Notes: generated by a model not told the origin, from the sequence alone. Shown: positions 12,513-24,180, numbered from the stretch's first letter. The stretch: 37,471 nucleotides of DNA from Octopus bimaculoides (GCF_001194135.2 NC_068991.1:76394792-76432262), one strand, 5' to 3'. Numbers and translations are program-made.

Positions 12513-12911
12513 ATCCTCTGGTCAGTATGTTTACTTATATTGATATGAGTTAGGCAGTTTTGAATGTATGAATTCATACATGTATGTTTAAACTCAGACA
12601 ACATCATTCTTCACTGAGTGAACCGAAGGAACGGAATTAGTAAATAAGTGTATTCAGAATTTAATGAATGAATCCTACACTATAGCTGTAAGCTGGTGAT
12701 CATGGCTGAAGATTGACATAAAATCAATGGTGTAGGTTTATGTTTGACTTTATGCTTCGTTGCATTTCTTAGCAAATGGATTGAATTTATGTTTGTTCAT
12801 CTATTACATGCGTGTACTCATACAACTTTATATGCAAAGAAATGCATGTACATATATNNNNNNNNNNNNNNNNNNNNNNNNNNNNNNNNNNNNNNNNNNN
12901 NNNNNNNNNNN

Positions 12912-12946
<35 letters not shown>

Positions 12947-13069
12947 AATTAGAAGTCGTGTTAACGTCATGAAGGGATGGTTTCGTACAAGGAAATATTA
13001 GTTCAATATCTAGTATTTTCGAAGGAAGTAATAACTATATATATATGTATATTAATAGTTTATAAGCTG

Positions 13070-13282
13070 AGGGCAGTGAGCTGGCAGAATCTTTAGTACG
13101 CTGGGTGAAATGCTTAGCTGTATTTCGTCTGCTGTTACGTTCTGAGTTCAAACTCCGTGGTTGACTTTGCCTTTCATCCTTTCGGAGTCGATTAAATAAG
13201 TACCAGTTACGCCTTATGGTCGATTTAATCGACTGAACCCCTTTGTCTGTCCTTGGTTGTCCCCTCCCTGTTTAGCCCCCTG
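13070..13282 (+). mobile_element. Near full-length tRNA-derived SINE (second family)
   Basis: gagggcagtgagctggcagaa head, B-box GAGTTCAAACTCC, core gttgactttgcctttcatcctttcggagtcgattaaataagtaccag, tail gggcaataaagaaata. Confidence 0.88.
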
Positions 13283-13449
13283 TGGGCAATAAAGAAATAA
13301 ATATTTTATAAGCTCAAAACTTGTAAGGTATCATCATGCATTGACTAAGATAAATGGTCTATTGGGATATATGAGCCCTAAGCGAGAAAAATTAGGGTTT
13401 GCTGTACCCTAATGTATTCTCGACAAGTGTGTTACCATTTACACTAACA

Positions 13450-13690
13450 TTCATTATATATATATATATATATATAAATAATATGACAACAAAAGAATGA
13501 ACAAGACCTCGATATTATGTAAAATAGAGGAATTTGTCTATAAATATAATAAAAGACAATTAGCTGCCTGTCAGAATAAAACTCAGACTTTCGGATGCCG
13601 GGGCTGAAGTCTGTTCCGGCATCTCATCGGTTATTAAGACAAACACTATGAAAAAAAACCGTTGGATAAAGGGAAATTACTCCAATAGGC
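13450..13690 (-). mobile_element. Penelope-like terminal-repeat relic with degenerate hammerhead motif
   Basis: Abuts (TA)n; contains AATAA-CCGATGA-GATGCCGG...CCGGCATC-CGAAAGTCTGAGTT-TTATT on the minus strand (13575-13635). Confidence 0.55.
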
Positions 13691-13729
13691 ATGGGGAATA
13701 AAGTAATACTTCGTTTATAGCATCCGCAC

Positions 13730-13834
13730 ATGCACACATATACCCACACACATACACGTAAATACGCACACACACATACACATGTATGTATATATATCTA
13801 TATACATACTCACACATGCGTGTACATATACACA

Positions 13835-13905
<71 letters not shown>

Positions 13906-13935
13906 TCCTACGCATATACACACATACACACGCAT
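13730..13935. repeat. (CA)n/(TA)n compound microsatellite
   Basis: Direct reading. Confidence 0.97.
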
Positions 13936-13979
13936 ATATACCCATGCACGCATCACTACGCTCAACACACATCTTTCCA

Positions 13980-14033
13980 GTGGAAAGTCCGGTCTTTGCG
14001 ATGTGGAAAGTCCGGTCTTTGCGATGTGGAAAG
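13980..14033 (+). repeat. 23-bp tandem duplication GTGGAAAGTCCGGTCTTTGCGAT x2 plus GTGGAAAG
   Basis: Exact direct repeats. Confidence 0.95.
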
Positions 14034-15599
14034 ATGGCTCATCTAGAAAAGTTGTTTAGACCCCGTTACATGTCTAAATTCAAGAACTGAACTTTTGGGG
14101 TCATGTCCACATATGGCACAACATTTGCTACGTTTTTGGACACCCCACCCCTAATATCACAAATAGAACCTATCCGTCTTCACATCGTCTCTCTGTACGG
14201 ATGATGTATTACCTTCTGTTGTGTTCTTGTTCCATTTTGGGGATACATAACTTCACATAAAAGCATGTGTTAATATATGTGTGTGTGCACATCCATATAT
14301 GTGTGTCTACACAGACACACACACATATGTTGCACTTAATATAATAGCAGTGCATATACATGTGTAACCATAGTCGTTTTAATCATTCAATGATACATAC
14401 AGTAAAACTGAATATTTAGGCGCCTCAAGTTCCGTTTAATCTAAGTATTTATCGACTCATATTTGTAATCGTCAAACAGTAGGACATTAAAGTTTGCTTT
14501 AAGCAATTTAGTATTTCTAAAGTTCTGTCAATATAATCTTTAGTACTTTAAGTCTAAATTTCTGTAAGTTTTAAAAATCTGTTTCCTTTCAATTTCTTCC
14601 CAAAAATTCTCCAAGACTTTGTAATTATCCTCTCTTAAAACGTTAAATGAATAATATAGAGCAACCGAGTTGATAATTTATGTCTATCGCTTGAGGGGGA
14701 GTTAGTCTGTTTCTTTTTTTTTTTTATTCAGAATATACAAGCAGTACCACGATACCGTTTATAGGATTTTAATAATTAAGCTCGAATTCTTCAAGTGAAT
14801 AAGTAATTTTCCTTTGAAATGATACGGTGTATGTCTGTTATCATTATCTACTTGGATATTAAGAAGCTAAATTTAGATTTTACATAGATGTCAATATGCA
14901 TTGTTTGTATGATACAACGATGTATCTAAGTTAAATTATTAGGCCTTTTATGTCAATTGATTAACCCACTAAATGTATAGCATTAATATGAAAGGACTAA
15001 TTAAGTGAAAGTAAAATTTGATAAGATATGGACTTCGACAAAAACTGTCAGCGTCATCAACGATTTGTCCAGAGCAGAATTCAGTAAATATAACTATTCA
15101 ATAGAAAAGAAGCTTATCGCTGCTACCAGACATCAAAATTTTTATTATCACTGATATAAGAAAAGTAACATATACTGAGATAAGTCGTCTGAAACCACAC
15201 TACAGAATGTGCATCAGCTTTTGCTGCCGTACCAAGACGTTCGTTAGATCAACGCCAGGCTCTAAGTTGTGAGATAGCTGTAACTTCCTCACATAAAATT
15301 CAAGAATAAATATAGAAACTTTACTAATACGTGAATGTGTTTATTATTTATTATTAAATATTCAGAATGCTACTCCTCTCTATTTTTCATTATATTTCTA
15401 ATCTAAAAGTCAATTAATAACGTATTTCCTGTATATGAATATGCTCTGAAATAATTTTGCGCGATACTATCTTTAATAATGCAATGACTTTAGCATAAAT
15501 GTGGAATTATTTTGCAATTTCAGTCTAATTAGTGACTTATATTCATAATTAGAAGGCTGATAAGCACACGGTCATTTCTCCGAACTATCGAACAGTGAA

Positions 15600-16020
15600 A
15601 TTAAAGTGGTGAAAGGGCAGAATCATTAATGCGCCGGATAATATGCTCAGCTGTATTATTTCCGGTTATTTATGTTCTTAGTTCAAATGCTACCGAGGTC
15701 GTCTTTGCTCTTCACCTTTTCGGGGACGATAATATAAGTCCTTAGACACTGGGCTTTCCTCCCGCTTTCGAAATTGTTTGCCTTGTGCCAAAATTACCAA
15801 GAAACTTGAGGGTCAAGGATTGACAGAAGCCTTACTGCGTCGAAGAAAATACCGTGCAGTATTTGTTCTATAGCTTTACGATCAGGGTTCGAATCTCACC
15901 GCGGTCAGCTTAATATATTAGTCCTCCCGGGTCAACAAAATAAATTACTAGACTGATTATCGACTCTGGTCGATAATATCGTCTAATATTCTCCCTCCAA
16001 AACTGCGTTTAAATTAGAAA
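15600..16020 (+). mobile_element. Two adjacent decayed tRNA-derived SINE copies (about 15600-15810 and 15815-16020)
   Basis: gagttcaaat/ggttcgaatc B-box remnants, gaggtcgtctttgc...ttcgggg core and ccttgtgcc tail. Confidence 0.6.
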
Positions 16021-16869
16021 GCATTACCAAACTGTGTAACCATAGACTGATTGTCAACTACATGCAATCGGCCCAGTAGAACTCCACACGAAATGATCAA
16101 CCCGAACCTAAAGCAGGAAGCGGCTGAAGACAGTGGTGTCCACTGGAATTGAACCCGACATCGAGTGCTTGTGAAGCACATGAATAATATATTAAGTTTT
16201 AGAAACACGTAATTTTAATTGAAACAACTAAATGCCAACTGAGATAAATTTTGATGATTCGTGGCTGAAGTGAAATTTCTGTGAAATAATTTCTAAATAT
16301 TCGGTTATATTAATTCTTCGAAATTAATATAACCAAATAAAGTGGTTTATACACAGTCACATGCACAGCTAGTGAATGCTTTCAATTGTGAAATGACATT
16401 AATTTTGGAACTAGAACATACATGCCGGTGATGATTACATCATATGCTGTGATCCTGTTGATTATTCTGGTCATTGCATTGCAGTGTCACTGCTTTAATG
16501 TGCTTCCATAACAAAGTTTCAAAATTTTGTTGTTATTGCAATTGTTGTCGGGGATGTCGTTTTTACGTTGGTGGTGGTCGTCATCGTCGCCGTTTTCATG
16601 GTTGTGGTATTTATACTAATATTAATAGTCTCGTTGTTAATGTTTTTTTTTTATTGTTGTTTAGACCCAGATCAGCTGCATAGAATAGACATAGAATCAA
16701 ATATTTTCAATCGCGGACCAAGCTGAATTCTTTTTTTTCTCTTTTTTTCAGTCGCTTCGTGTTCCGACTGCATCCATTCAGATGCAATTTGCAGAAGAAT
16801 GAATATTTAACTACTCTTTTTAGCAAGTCAAAAAACTATATTCACTTTATTATGTTTAGTTTACTGAGA

Positions 16870-17050
16870 CAATTAATCCTTTCTGCTATAGACACCATGC
16901 CTGAAAATTTGGAGGAGGCGGGTAACTCGATTACATCTACCCCAATGCACAACTGGTACTTATTTTATCGACCCGAAATGATGAAAGGCAAAGTTGAACT
17001 CGTGGATATATGAACACAGAACGTAAAGACGAACGATATGAACTGTTCAT
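16870..17050 (-). mobile_element. Decayed tRNA-derived SINE
   Basis: ctggtacttattttatcgacccgaaatgatgaaaggcaaagttgaac is the reverse complement of the 13070 SINE core. Confidence 0.75.
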
Positions 17051-17095
17051 ATTCTTTTCTATTCTAGGCACAAGACCCAAAATTTCTGGGAATGG

Positions 17096-17160
<65 letters not shown>

Positions 17161-17164
<4 letters not shown>

Positions 17165-17375
17165 TTGTCCCAAAAGTAGGTTTACAGTTATCACGCACGC
17201 ACTTTAAATTTGTTTTAAAACATTTTATTACATTCAAATTTCTATCTTACATTTAACTAAATTAGCATAGAATAATGGTTTCATATTTTTTTTATTATTA
17301 AAATCTAAACTGTTAATATATGAATGCGAAATAGATAGTTGAGTAATTGTAAACCTACTTTGGGGGCCACCCTGA
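17161..17375. mobile_element. Tc1/mariner-type MITE with about 30-bp TIRs
   Basis: Left GGTTGTCCCAAAAGTAGGTTTACAGTTA pairs with right TAATTGTAAACCTACTTTGGGGGCCACCCTG; TA-rich flanks; AT-rich non-coding interior. Confidence 0.8.
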
Positions 17376-17494
17376 ATATATATATGTATAGATATACATG
17401 TGTACGTGTGTATCTCTTTCTGTGTGCACATATGCGCACAAGTGCATACACAATTTTAGTTTTTTGCATAAAAAACGAATATGATATTAGAACT

Positions 17495-17700
17495 ATTATA
17501 GCACGCTGTGCAAAATGCTTAGCGGCATTTTGTCTTCCGTTTTTTTTTTCGTTGTGAGTACAAATTCAACCGAGACTGACATTGCGTTAATTCTTTCGGG
17601 GTCGACAAAAGAAGTATCAGTTGAAGACTGGCGATCGATATAATCGACTGTCCCCTCCTCTCAAAATTTCAGACCTTGTCCCTATAGCTGAAAGGAATAT
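17495..17700 (+). mobile_element. Decayed tRNA-derived SINE
   Basis: aaatgcttagcggcatttt, ctttcggggtcgac and aaaatttcagaccttgtccct motifs match the other copies. Confidence 0.75.
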
Positions 17701-18889
17701 TAAGCCTGTTAATATCATCAATATGGATTAACACTGTTCTAAAATTTATATCTAGTTTCCATAAGAGATCAAGTGAATGAGATCGCCGCCATTATTACTA
17801 TACAAATAATATCCTATGTTCAAACTATTTGCAGTACAATAAAAAAAACTTGAGAATGAGACACCCATTGACGATTGGAGATTAAACCAATAGAAATATA
17901 CTTTAAAAGTGAATATCGAAATAGTCTTCGTCTTTAAACTAGAAGTTAAAAGTGTCTCAAATCCACATCATGTCTTGAATTCTCCTACGCACTTCATTTC
18001 AGGAATTTTGACATTTAATTCTATATATATATCTTCCGTGCTAAGTATGGGTTCCAAGTAACAGCTTCTATCCGACACAATCTATCAGTCATGCAGTTCC
18101 GCCAATGCTGTTATTTAATTTACTTTTGTCATTCGTAGACATATGAGAAATAATTAGCTTCTCCTACTAACTCAAACAAGTGAATGTTAATGTTTCTAAT
18201 AGGTAATGTGATTGTGAAAGTTAAAATATCAAATTTTCTCTTCAAGATATCGAATGTTATCGAATATTTTGTATCCTAACAGTTTCTAAGCACTAAGAGA
18301 TATTTACTTATTCATTGTAAAGAAGACAGCAACAAAATTTACACTGCTTCCGTGAATACATATATATATTTATTTATGAGGCTCATCACAGATTTCGCAT
18401 AAGTCACATGCATGCTCGAAGAATTTCACGTATTTCCGCTTTATTTCTAGCCCTAAATGGCTTATTCTTTATGTCTAGCACTATATATTTCTCCATTTCT
18501 AAGTTAAGGGTGAAAATAAAGCAACCCTGCAAAACACAACCGATCTTTACTCACAGACGCACAGAATAACAACAATCAAATAACGACAGCGGGGTGCACA
18601 ACAAACATAAGCGATCTGACTGTTGTCGCCTGTACTCTTGACAAGAGATGTCAGTCTTGTAAAAAATCAGATACATTCACCGAAAAAGAAAACTATAAAT
18701 ACACTGGATTCCAAAAAACGCCGTTACAAGCGAAAATCGCAGCACACGACGGAAAAAGAATCACAGAAACTGTAACTAAGTCCTATTTTTTAAAACTTGT
18801 TTTTCCCTTGTTTTTCTCCCTCTTAACACAGAATTCTTCTTGTGAGAGTTCAACCCGGTTTCTAAAAAAGCAACACAACTTTTTGGAGA

Positions 18890-18965
18890 TGTATGTATGT
18901 ATGTATGTATGTATGTATGTATGTATGTATGTATAGCTATGTATAGCTATGTATGTATGTATATA
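18890..18965. repeat. (TATG)n microsatellite
   Basis: Direct reading. Confidence 0.96.
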
Positions 18966-18974
18966 TTATGTACG

Positions 18975-19125
18975 CTCTATTGGGAATTATCCAGTTTCCT
19001 TTAACAAATTTCACTCACAAGGCGTCACTTGGCATGATTCTACAGTAGAAGCTACGCTGAAGATGCTACGCAATGGGATACAATCCGAAAGAACGTGATT
19101 GTGAAAGAAATGCAACCATACCTAC
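18975..19125 (-). mobile_element. Decayed 5' half of CORE-like SINE
   Basis: cagtttcc...aaatttcactcacaagg...tacagtagaag is the reverse complement of the 9990-10095 region. Confidence 0.6.
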
Positions 19126-20119
19126 GGCAACACAAACACACGAACGCACACGTACGCATGCGTAAACATATACGTGTGTGTGAATACTTTGTGATTAATT
19201 CGGCAAAGGAGGCAGTAGATTTTGCACGACCTTTTCTTTTCAGGACACCCTTAAACTTTTTCAGTAAAGATTCGTTGAATTAAATTCTATTCATTGTGCA
19301 GACATTGGGATTTTTGCAAAAGACTTCTTCGGGAAAAGAAGCCAATGTCTTGCTGGTGCCGATGTTAAACCCACTGGCAGGTTAATTCTGTCACTGAAGC
19401 ATTCCTATATGGGGGTTCCATATAGCTTCTATGTACCAAAATTTAAACAAAGTTCTTAGGTCCACTCGATGCTATGATATAAGTCAGTTGCCTACTCTAC
19501 GAAACAGTCGAACTGAAAATGAATTTATGTTGTTAAAGTCGAACATTAACGTAAAGTTATATCTCCGACCATTCCGTTTTTAATTTTCATTTTTTTATTT
19601 GCAGTCAATAAATTTAAATTCCCAATCGATCTATCAACATTTCAAAAGAATTGTTTCAATTTTTAAGTGCTAAAATAGTTTTAGATTTGCTGTTTATTTT
19701 TTACTGTTTCAATCGTATTTAAGATTCTACCTTTCATTTGAATTGCTAATTTGGTGGCTGCTATCGCTTGAATGTTTATACATACATATGTGTGTGTGTC
19801 TATACATAAGTACACACACACGCACGCACACACACACACACACCCAGACACACATACACCCAGACTCGCACACACACACATATATATATAATGCAAATGT
19901 ACACTACACTTTAAACATAAACACTTATATATGCAAGGATATGTATATATTCACACAGACGCGCATATAAAATGCAGGAGGTGCAAATGAGGGTTGCTAA
20001 ATCAAACTCCATTCTTCACCAAGTGCCACATATTGTAAGAGGCTCCCTGTAATAACAGTGTAGCAACACGGCGGTGCATCAGCATGGCCGCAGCTCTAAG
20101 CTAAAACTATAAATTTTAA

Positions 20120-20217
20120 AAAATGTATATATATGTATAAATACATACGTATATATGTATATGTGTGTATATATATGTATACATATATATATATATATAT
20201 ATATATANNNNNNNNNN

Positions 20218-20257
<40 letters not shown>

Positions 20258-20377
20258 TTCATATAAATATACATATATGTATATATGTGTATATATATGT
20301 ATATATGTTTATATATATATATGTATATATACGTGTATATATGTTTATATATATATGTATATATACGTGTGTATATG

Positions 20378-20419
<42 letters not shown>

Positions 20420-20422
20420 TAT
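20120..20422. repeat. Long degenerate (TA)n/(TATG)n array
   Basis: Direct reading. Confidence 0.97.
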
Positions 20423-20686
20423 NNNNNNNNNNNNNNNNNNNNNNNNNNNNNNNNNNNNNNNNNNNNNNNNNNNNNNNNNNNNNNNNNNNNNNNNNNNNNN
20501 NNNNNNNNNNNNNNNNNNNNNNNNNNNNNNNNNNNNNNNNNNNNNNNNNNNNNNNNNNNNNNNNNNNNNNNNNNNNNNNNNTTTCGTTAGATTTCATCTT
20601 TGTTATTATAGGGGAATCTAGTTAATGATCCTCTAAGGTAAGTTCTTATGCTATATTGGTAACGGTTGCTACATCCTCTGGAAAAT

Positions 20687-20731
<45 letters not shown>

Positions 20732-20789
20732 ATCCGACACCACTACGGTGACAATGTGAGCATATGTTTACATGCATCTCCCAGATCCT

Positions 20790-21380
20790 AGGTCAACGAG
20801 ATGCCTCTCAACGCCCCCGGTTGACAGTTTTACAGAGAACCCATTTCTCGTCACCATTCACTATTAGGTCCAACAAAGGTTCAATCGAGAGACATGACAG
20901 CAAAGAGGAGCACACATTCACTCTCTGCGTACGATTAGACTCGGAAAGTTTGTGAGAAGCTCATTGACCCAATTGTCTGACTTTTCCGATGGTATGTAGC
21001 TCCGGACGTATGGTTGAATGACTAAATTCAAGCTTCTTTGGCAGTTCCTCAACAGTTACGATGGGATTTTGTTCCACTGGGGTTTGCAGGACGTCCTCGT
21101 CGATCTGTTCAGATCTTCCAGGACGAGGCTCATCTTCTAGGCTGTAGTTTCCGGCTCCGAATTTCTGGAACTACCGTTGACACTGGCTTGTACTTATTTT
21201 CCGGTCTCCATATGCTGCATTAATATTAATTATTACTAGTGAACTAAGGTAACACCTCTTTCCGTTGCGTTGTTGCCTTATTGAACTCATAGAGCACAAT
21301 ATGCCGAATATGCTCCTTTGTCACTTCCATTAAAGCTATGAAAAATAGCTGTTAAAATCGAACTGCACGCTTCAAAACTT
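20790..21380 (-). pseudogene. Mariner (DD34D-type, Hsmar1/Mos1-like) transposase relic, N-terminal part
   Basis: Minus strand from ATG at 21330 reads MEVTKEHIRHIVLYEFNK, then (after a frameshift and short insertion) NAAYGDRKISTSQCQR*FQKFGAGNYSLEDEPRPGRS...SHKLSESNRTQRVNVCSSLL...LIVNGDEKWVL. This covers the HTH region, a WVPHEL-like motif and the first catalytic D; contains stops. Confidence 0.92.
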
Positions 21381-21412
21381 ACACACATACACGCACGCAC
21401 ACACATATATAT

Positions 21413-21445
<33 letters not shown>

Positions 21446-21454
21446 CACACGCAC

Positions 21455-21490
<36 letters not shown>

Positions 21491-21575
21491 ATACATGCAT
21501 ACATACATACAAGCATGTATGTGTGCGTATATGTGTGTGAATATACTTTTACTCTCCTTACATATGTTTATCTCT

Positions 21576-21715
21576 ACATTATTTACATTTGACGAATATT
21601 TGTCCTCATCTTGTTTGTTGTTAACACAACGTTTCAGCTGATATACGCTCCAGCCTTCATCAGGTGTCTTGGGAAAATTTCGAACCTGGTTTCTCATTCC
21701 TAAGGTATTTTTCGA

Positions 21716-21778
<63 letters not shown>

Positions 21779-21780
21779 TA

Positions 21781-21845
<65 letters not shown>

Positions 21846-21965
21846 GTTCAGGTCACTGCTTGGGATCGGAGTCTGAGTCTTGGGGTTAGTAGCCCGCGCT
21901 CTTAACCACTACGATCTTAAACACTGCAAATAATGTAAATAATGTACATCATTCCTCATGTCTTT
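21576..21965 (-). mobile_element. Palindromic tRNA-head/hammerhead element, copy 1 (one arm mostly deleted)
   Basis: Arm 21576-21720 matches 30469-30612; (ATT)n; tRNA-like head on minus at 21848-21913; remnant of the opposite arm end (aaataatgtaaataatgtacatcattcctcat) at about 21928-21960. Confidence 0.8.
21623..21670 (-). ncRNA. Minimal type I hammerhead-like motif
   Basis: AAGACAC-CTGATGA-A-GGCTGG..TCAGCT-GAAAC-GTT-GTGTT; stems I and II can pair. Confidence 0.65.
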
Positions 21966-21974
21966 GATATAAAA

Positions 21975-22125
21975 CTGTATGTTTATTTCTGTGTTCCTTT
22001 CTGTCGAAGAGCGTAGGCTCGAAACGTAAAAGACTTTCTCACTTCTCGAACGTTAAACTGTTTGTTGTTTGCACACCGTCTTCGCCTTTTATGTTTTTGT
22101 AAATTTTCACTATATATATATATAT
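21975..22125 (+). mobile_element. Penelope-like terminal-repeat fragment (family 2) ending at (TA)n
   Basis: Matches 37100-37262 and the reverse complement of 22136-22270; contains CTTT-CTGTCGA-A-GAGC-GTAG-GCTC-GAAACGTA-AAAG (21997-22032). Confidence 0.7.
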
Positions 22126-22135
22126 ATATATATAT

Positions 22136-22590
22136 GGGAGAATTTACGAAAAAAAACAACAACAGACGAGGACAGGTGGTGTAGACAACAAAAGGATGTA
22201 TTAGTTTAACGCTCGGGAATACAGAAAGTCTTTAACATTTCGAGCTACGCTCTTCAACAGAAAGAATACGGAGAAAACATGGAGAAAAACACGGAGGAAA
22301 AAAATTGAATGTTTTGGTCAGCGATTAATCATGGCGACTGCTGGACAGGAATTTCGCGCAGGAGAGCTAAGAAAAAGGGGAGATAATAAAAGGGGAAACA
22401 AAAGGGGAAAGAAACGGTGAAACAAATACGAGGAGCTATGTGTGTGTGAGAGAGAATGCTGGTGATCTTGACGTAGGTATGTGTGAAAAAATGGGGAGGG
22501 GAGAAAGAAGTTGGTCAGTTGTAGTGTGTGCGTGGTGTGTGTTGTGAAGTGATGTGTGGTGTGATGTGAGGGTGTTGGGAGGTGGGTATA
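22136..22590 (-). mobile_element. Penelope-like terminal-repeat fragment (family 2), longer copy
   Basis: Inverted relative to 21975-22125 across a (TA)n; contains CTTT-CTGTTGA-A-GAGC-GTA-GCTC-GAAATGTT-AAAG (22230-22264). Confidence 0.65.
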
Positions 22591-22615
22591 TATACATACG
22601 CACACACATATTTAT

Positions 22616-22637
22616 AGACAGACAGACAGACAGACAC

Positions 22638-22700
<63 letters not shown>
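22616..22700. repeat. (AGAC)n(AGAT)n microsatellite
   Basis: Direct reading. Confidence 0.98.
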
Positions 22701-22701
<1 letters not shown>

Positions 22702-22976
22702 TATTTGTGTTTTTCAATGTAATATTATCCCTTTAATATATTAAACCTTTTTCACTCAAATGATTGATCCTATATTATCGAATCTTTTAAATACTGAAAC
22801 CGAAATATTAGAAACCGGTTCCATGATCAGCGACATTTATAACACTCTGAGTAGTAACCGAGAATAGTCGCTAAATCGCAAAATTTACTCCCTGCTATTG
22901 TATTGATTATATATGTACTTTCTGTGTGAGAGTGTACGTAAGTACGCGGACGCTCACATAAGTTGTATATACACAT

Positions 22977-23038
<62 letters not shown>

Positions 23039-23679
23039 TTATTTCTACTAAAATTAGATGTTTCATTTGTATTGCAAATACAGAAACATAATATTTATTA
23101 GGAAAATAATTATATATGTTCATTTGGTATTGTTATTTTATTCTCTGTTGGGGATTATAAATGTTCAGCTTTATATACTTTTATTAATTGTGAATCTCCG
23201 CAGGGTAAGCAATAATATCTTCAGTTCGGATAATTACTTATATATAACAACACTAATGAGCAATATATTAAAACTTTCTGTTCGGGATAATGTTTACCAT
23301 GGCTGAAATTTTTATATTTGAATAAATTTCTTGTGTGTGTTTGATATTCCAAGCAATAGATAAACCTAAAAGTTGCCATAAGAAGAAATAAATTGCAATA
23401 TACAAATATAGACCAAAACCGAAATTACAAGGCAGTCTCCCATCAGTGATCTTTAGAGAAACTTTCAGCATCACGTTTTCTCTTTGTCTGATATTTTGCG
23501 ACGTAGATGTTTAGAATAAAATTCTTTATCATTCTTTAAGAAGTAAAATATTGATTTCCCGTATTGGTACAATGGCGCTATTTTTCTTTTGTATGGAAAT
23601 TATGGATTAAAGAATTTCCTCTCGGTGTAATTCGACACAGTAAAATACTGTCATTAATCTCCACACTTTAAATACGATA

Positions 23680-23745
<66 letters not shown>

Positions 23746-24019
23746 NNNNNNNNNNNNNNNNNNNNNNNNNNNNNNNNNNNNNNNNNNNNNNNNNNNNNNN
23801 NNNNNNNNNNNNNNNNNNNNNNNNNNNNNNNNNNNNNNNNNNNNNNNNNNNNNNNNNNNNNNNNNNNNNNNNNNNNNNNNNNNNNNNNNNNNNNNNNNNN
23901 NNNNNNNNNNNNNNNNNNNNNNNNNNNNNNNNNNNNNNNNNNNNNNNNNNNNNNNNNNNNNNNNNNNNNNNNNNNNNNNNNNNNNNNNNNNTATATATAT
24001 ATATATATATATATTCAAT

Positions 24020-24180
24020 ATGCAGTTACAGTATGGCCGAATGGTTAAGAAATTCGTTTTGTAACTACGTGGGCTCGGTTTCAACCCCTGAGCGTAGCGT
24101 ATTGAGTTAGTGCCATTTTGTATAGGACCTCAGCTTGTTAATGAAATTTCGTTGAAGGGAAACTGCATGAAGGTTTGTCA
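24020..24180 (+). mobile_element. Decayed 5' half of CORE-like SINE
   Basis: tatggccgaatggttaagaa A-box, ggtttcaacccc B-box remnant, gaagggaaactgcatgaag. Confidence 0.6.

Noticed and set aside
13980-14033. CRISPR-like repeat
   Set aside because: Repeats are directly adjacent without spacers, only two full copies, eukaryotic context.
16121-16165. Hammerhead-like CTGAAGA-CAGTGG/CCACTG-GAAT
   Set aside because: GAAA is broken, there is no valid cleavage triplet, and it overlaps a reversed SINE B-box remnant.
18540-18800. Possible promoter or first exon (TATAAA at about 18695; GTGAGT on minus at 18549-18554)
   Set aside because: Short motifs are expected by chance in AT-rich DNA; no linked exon.
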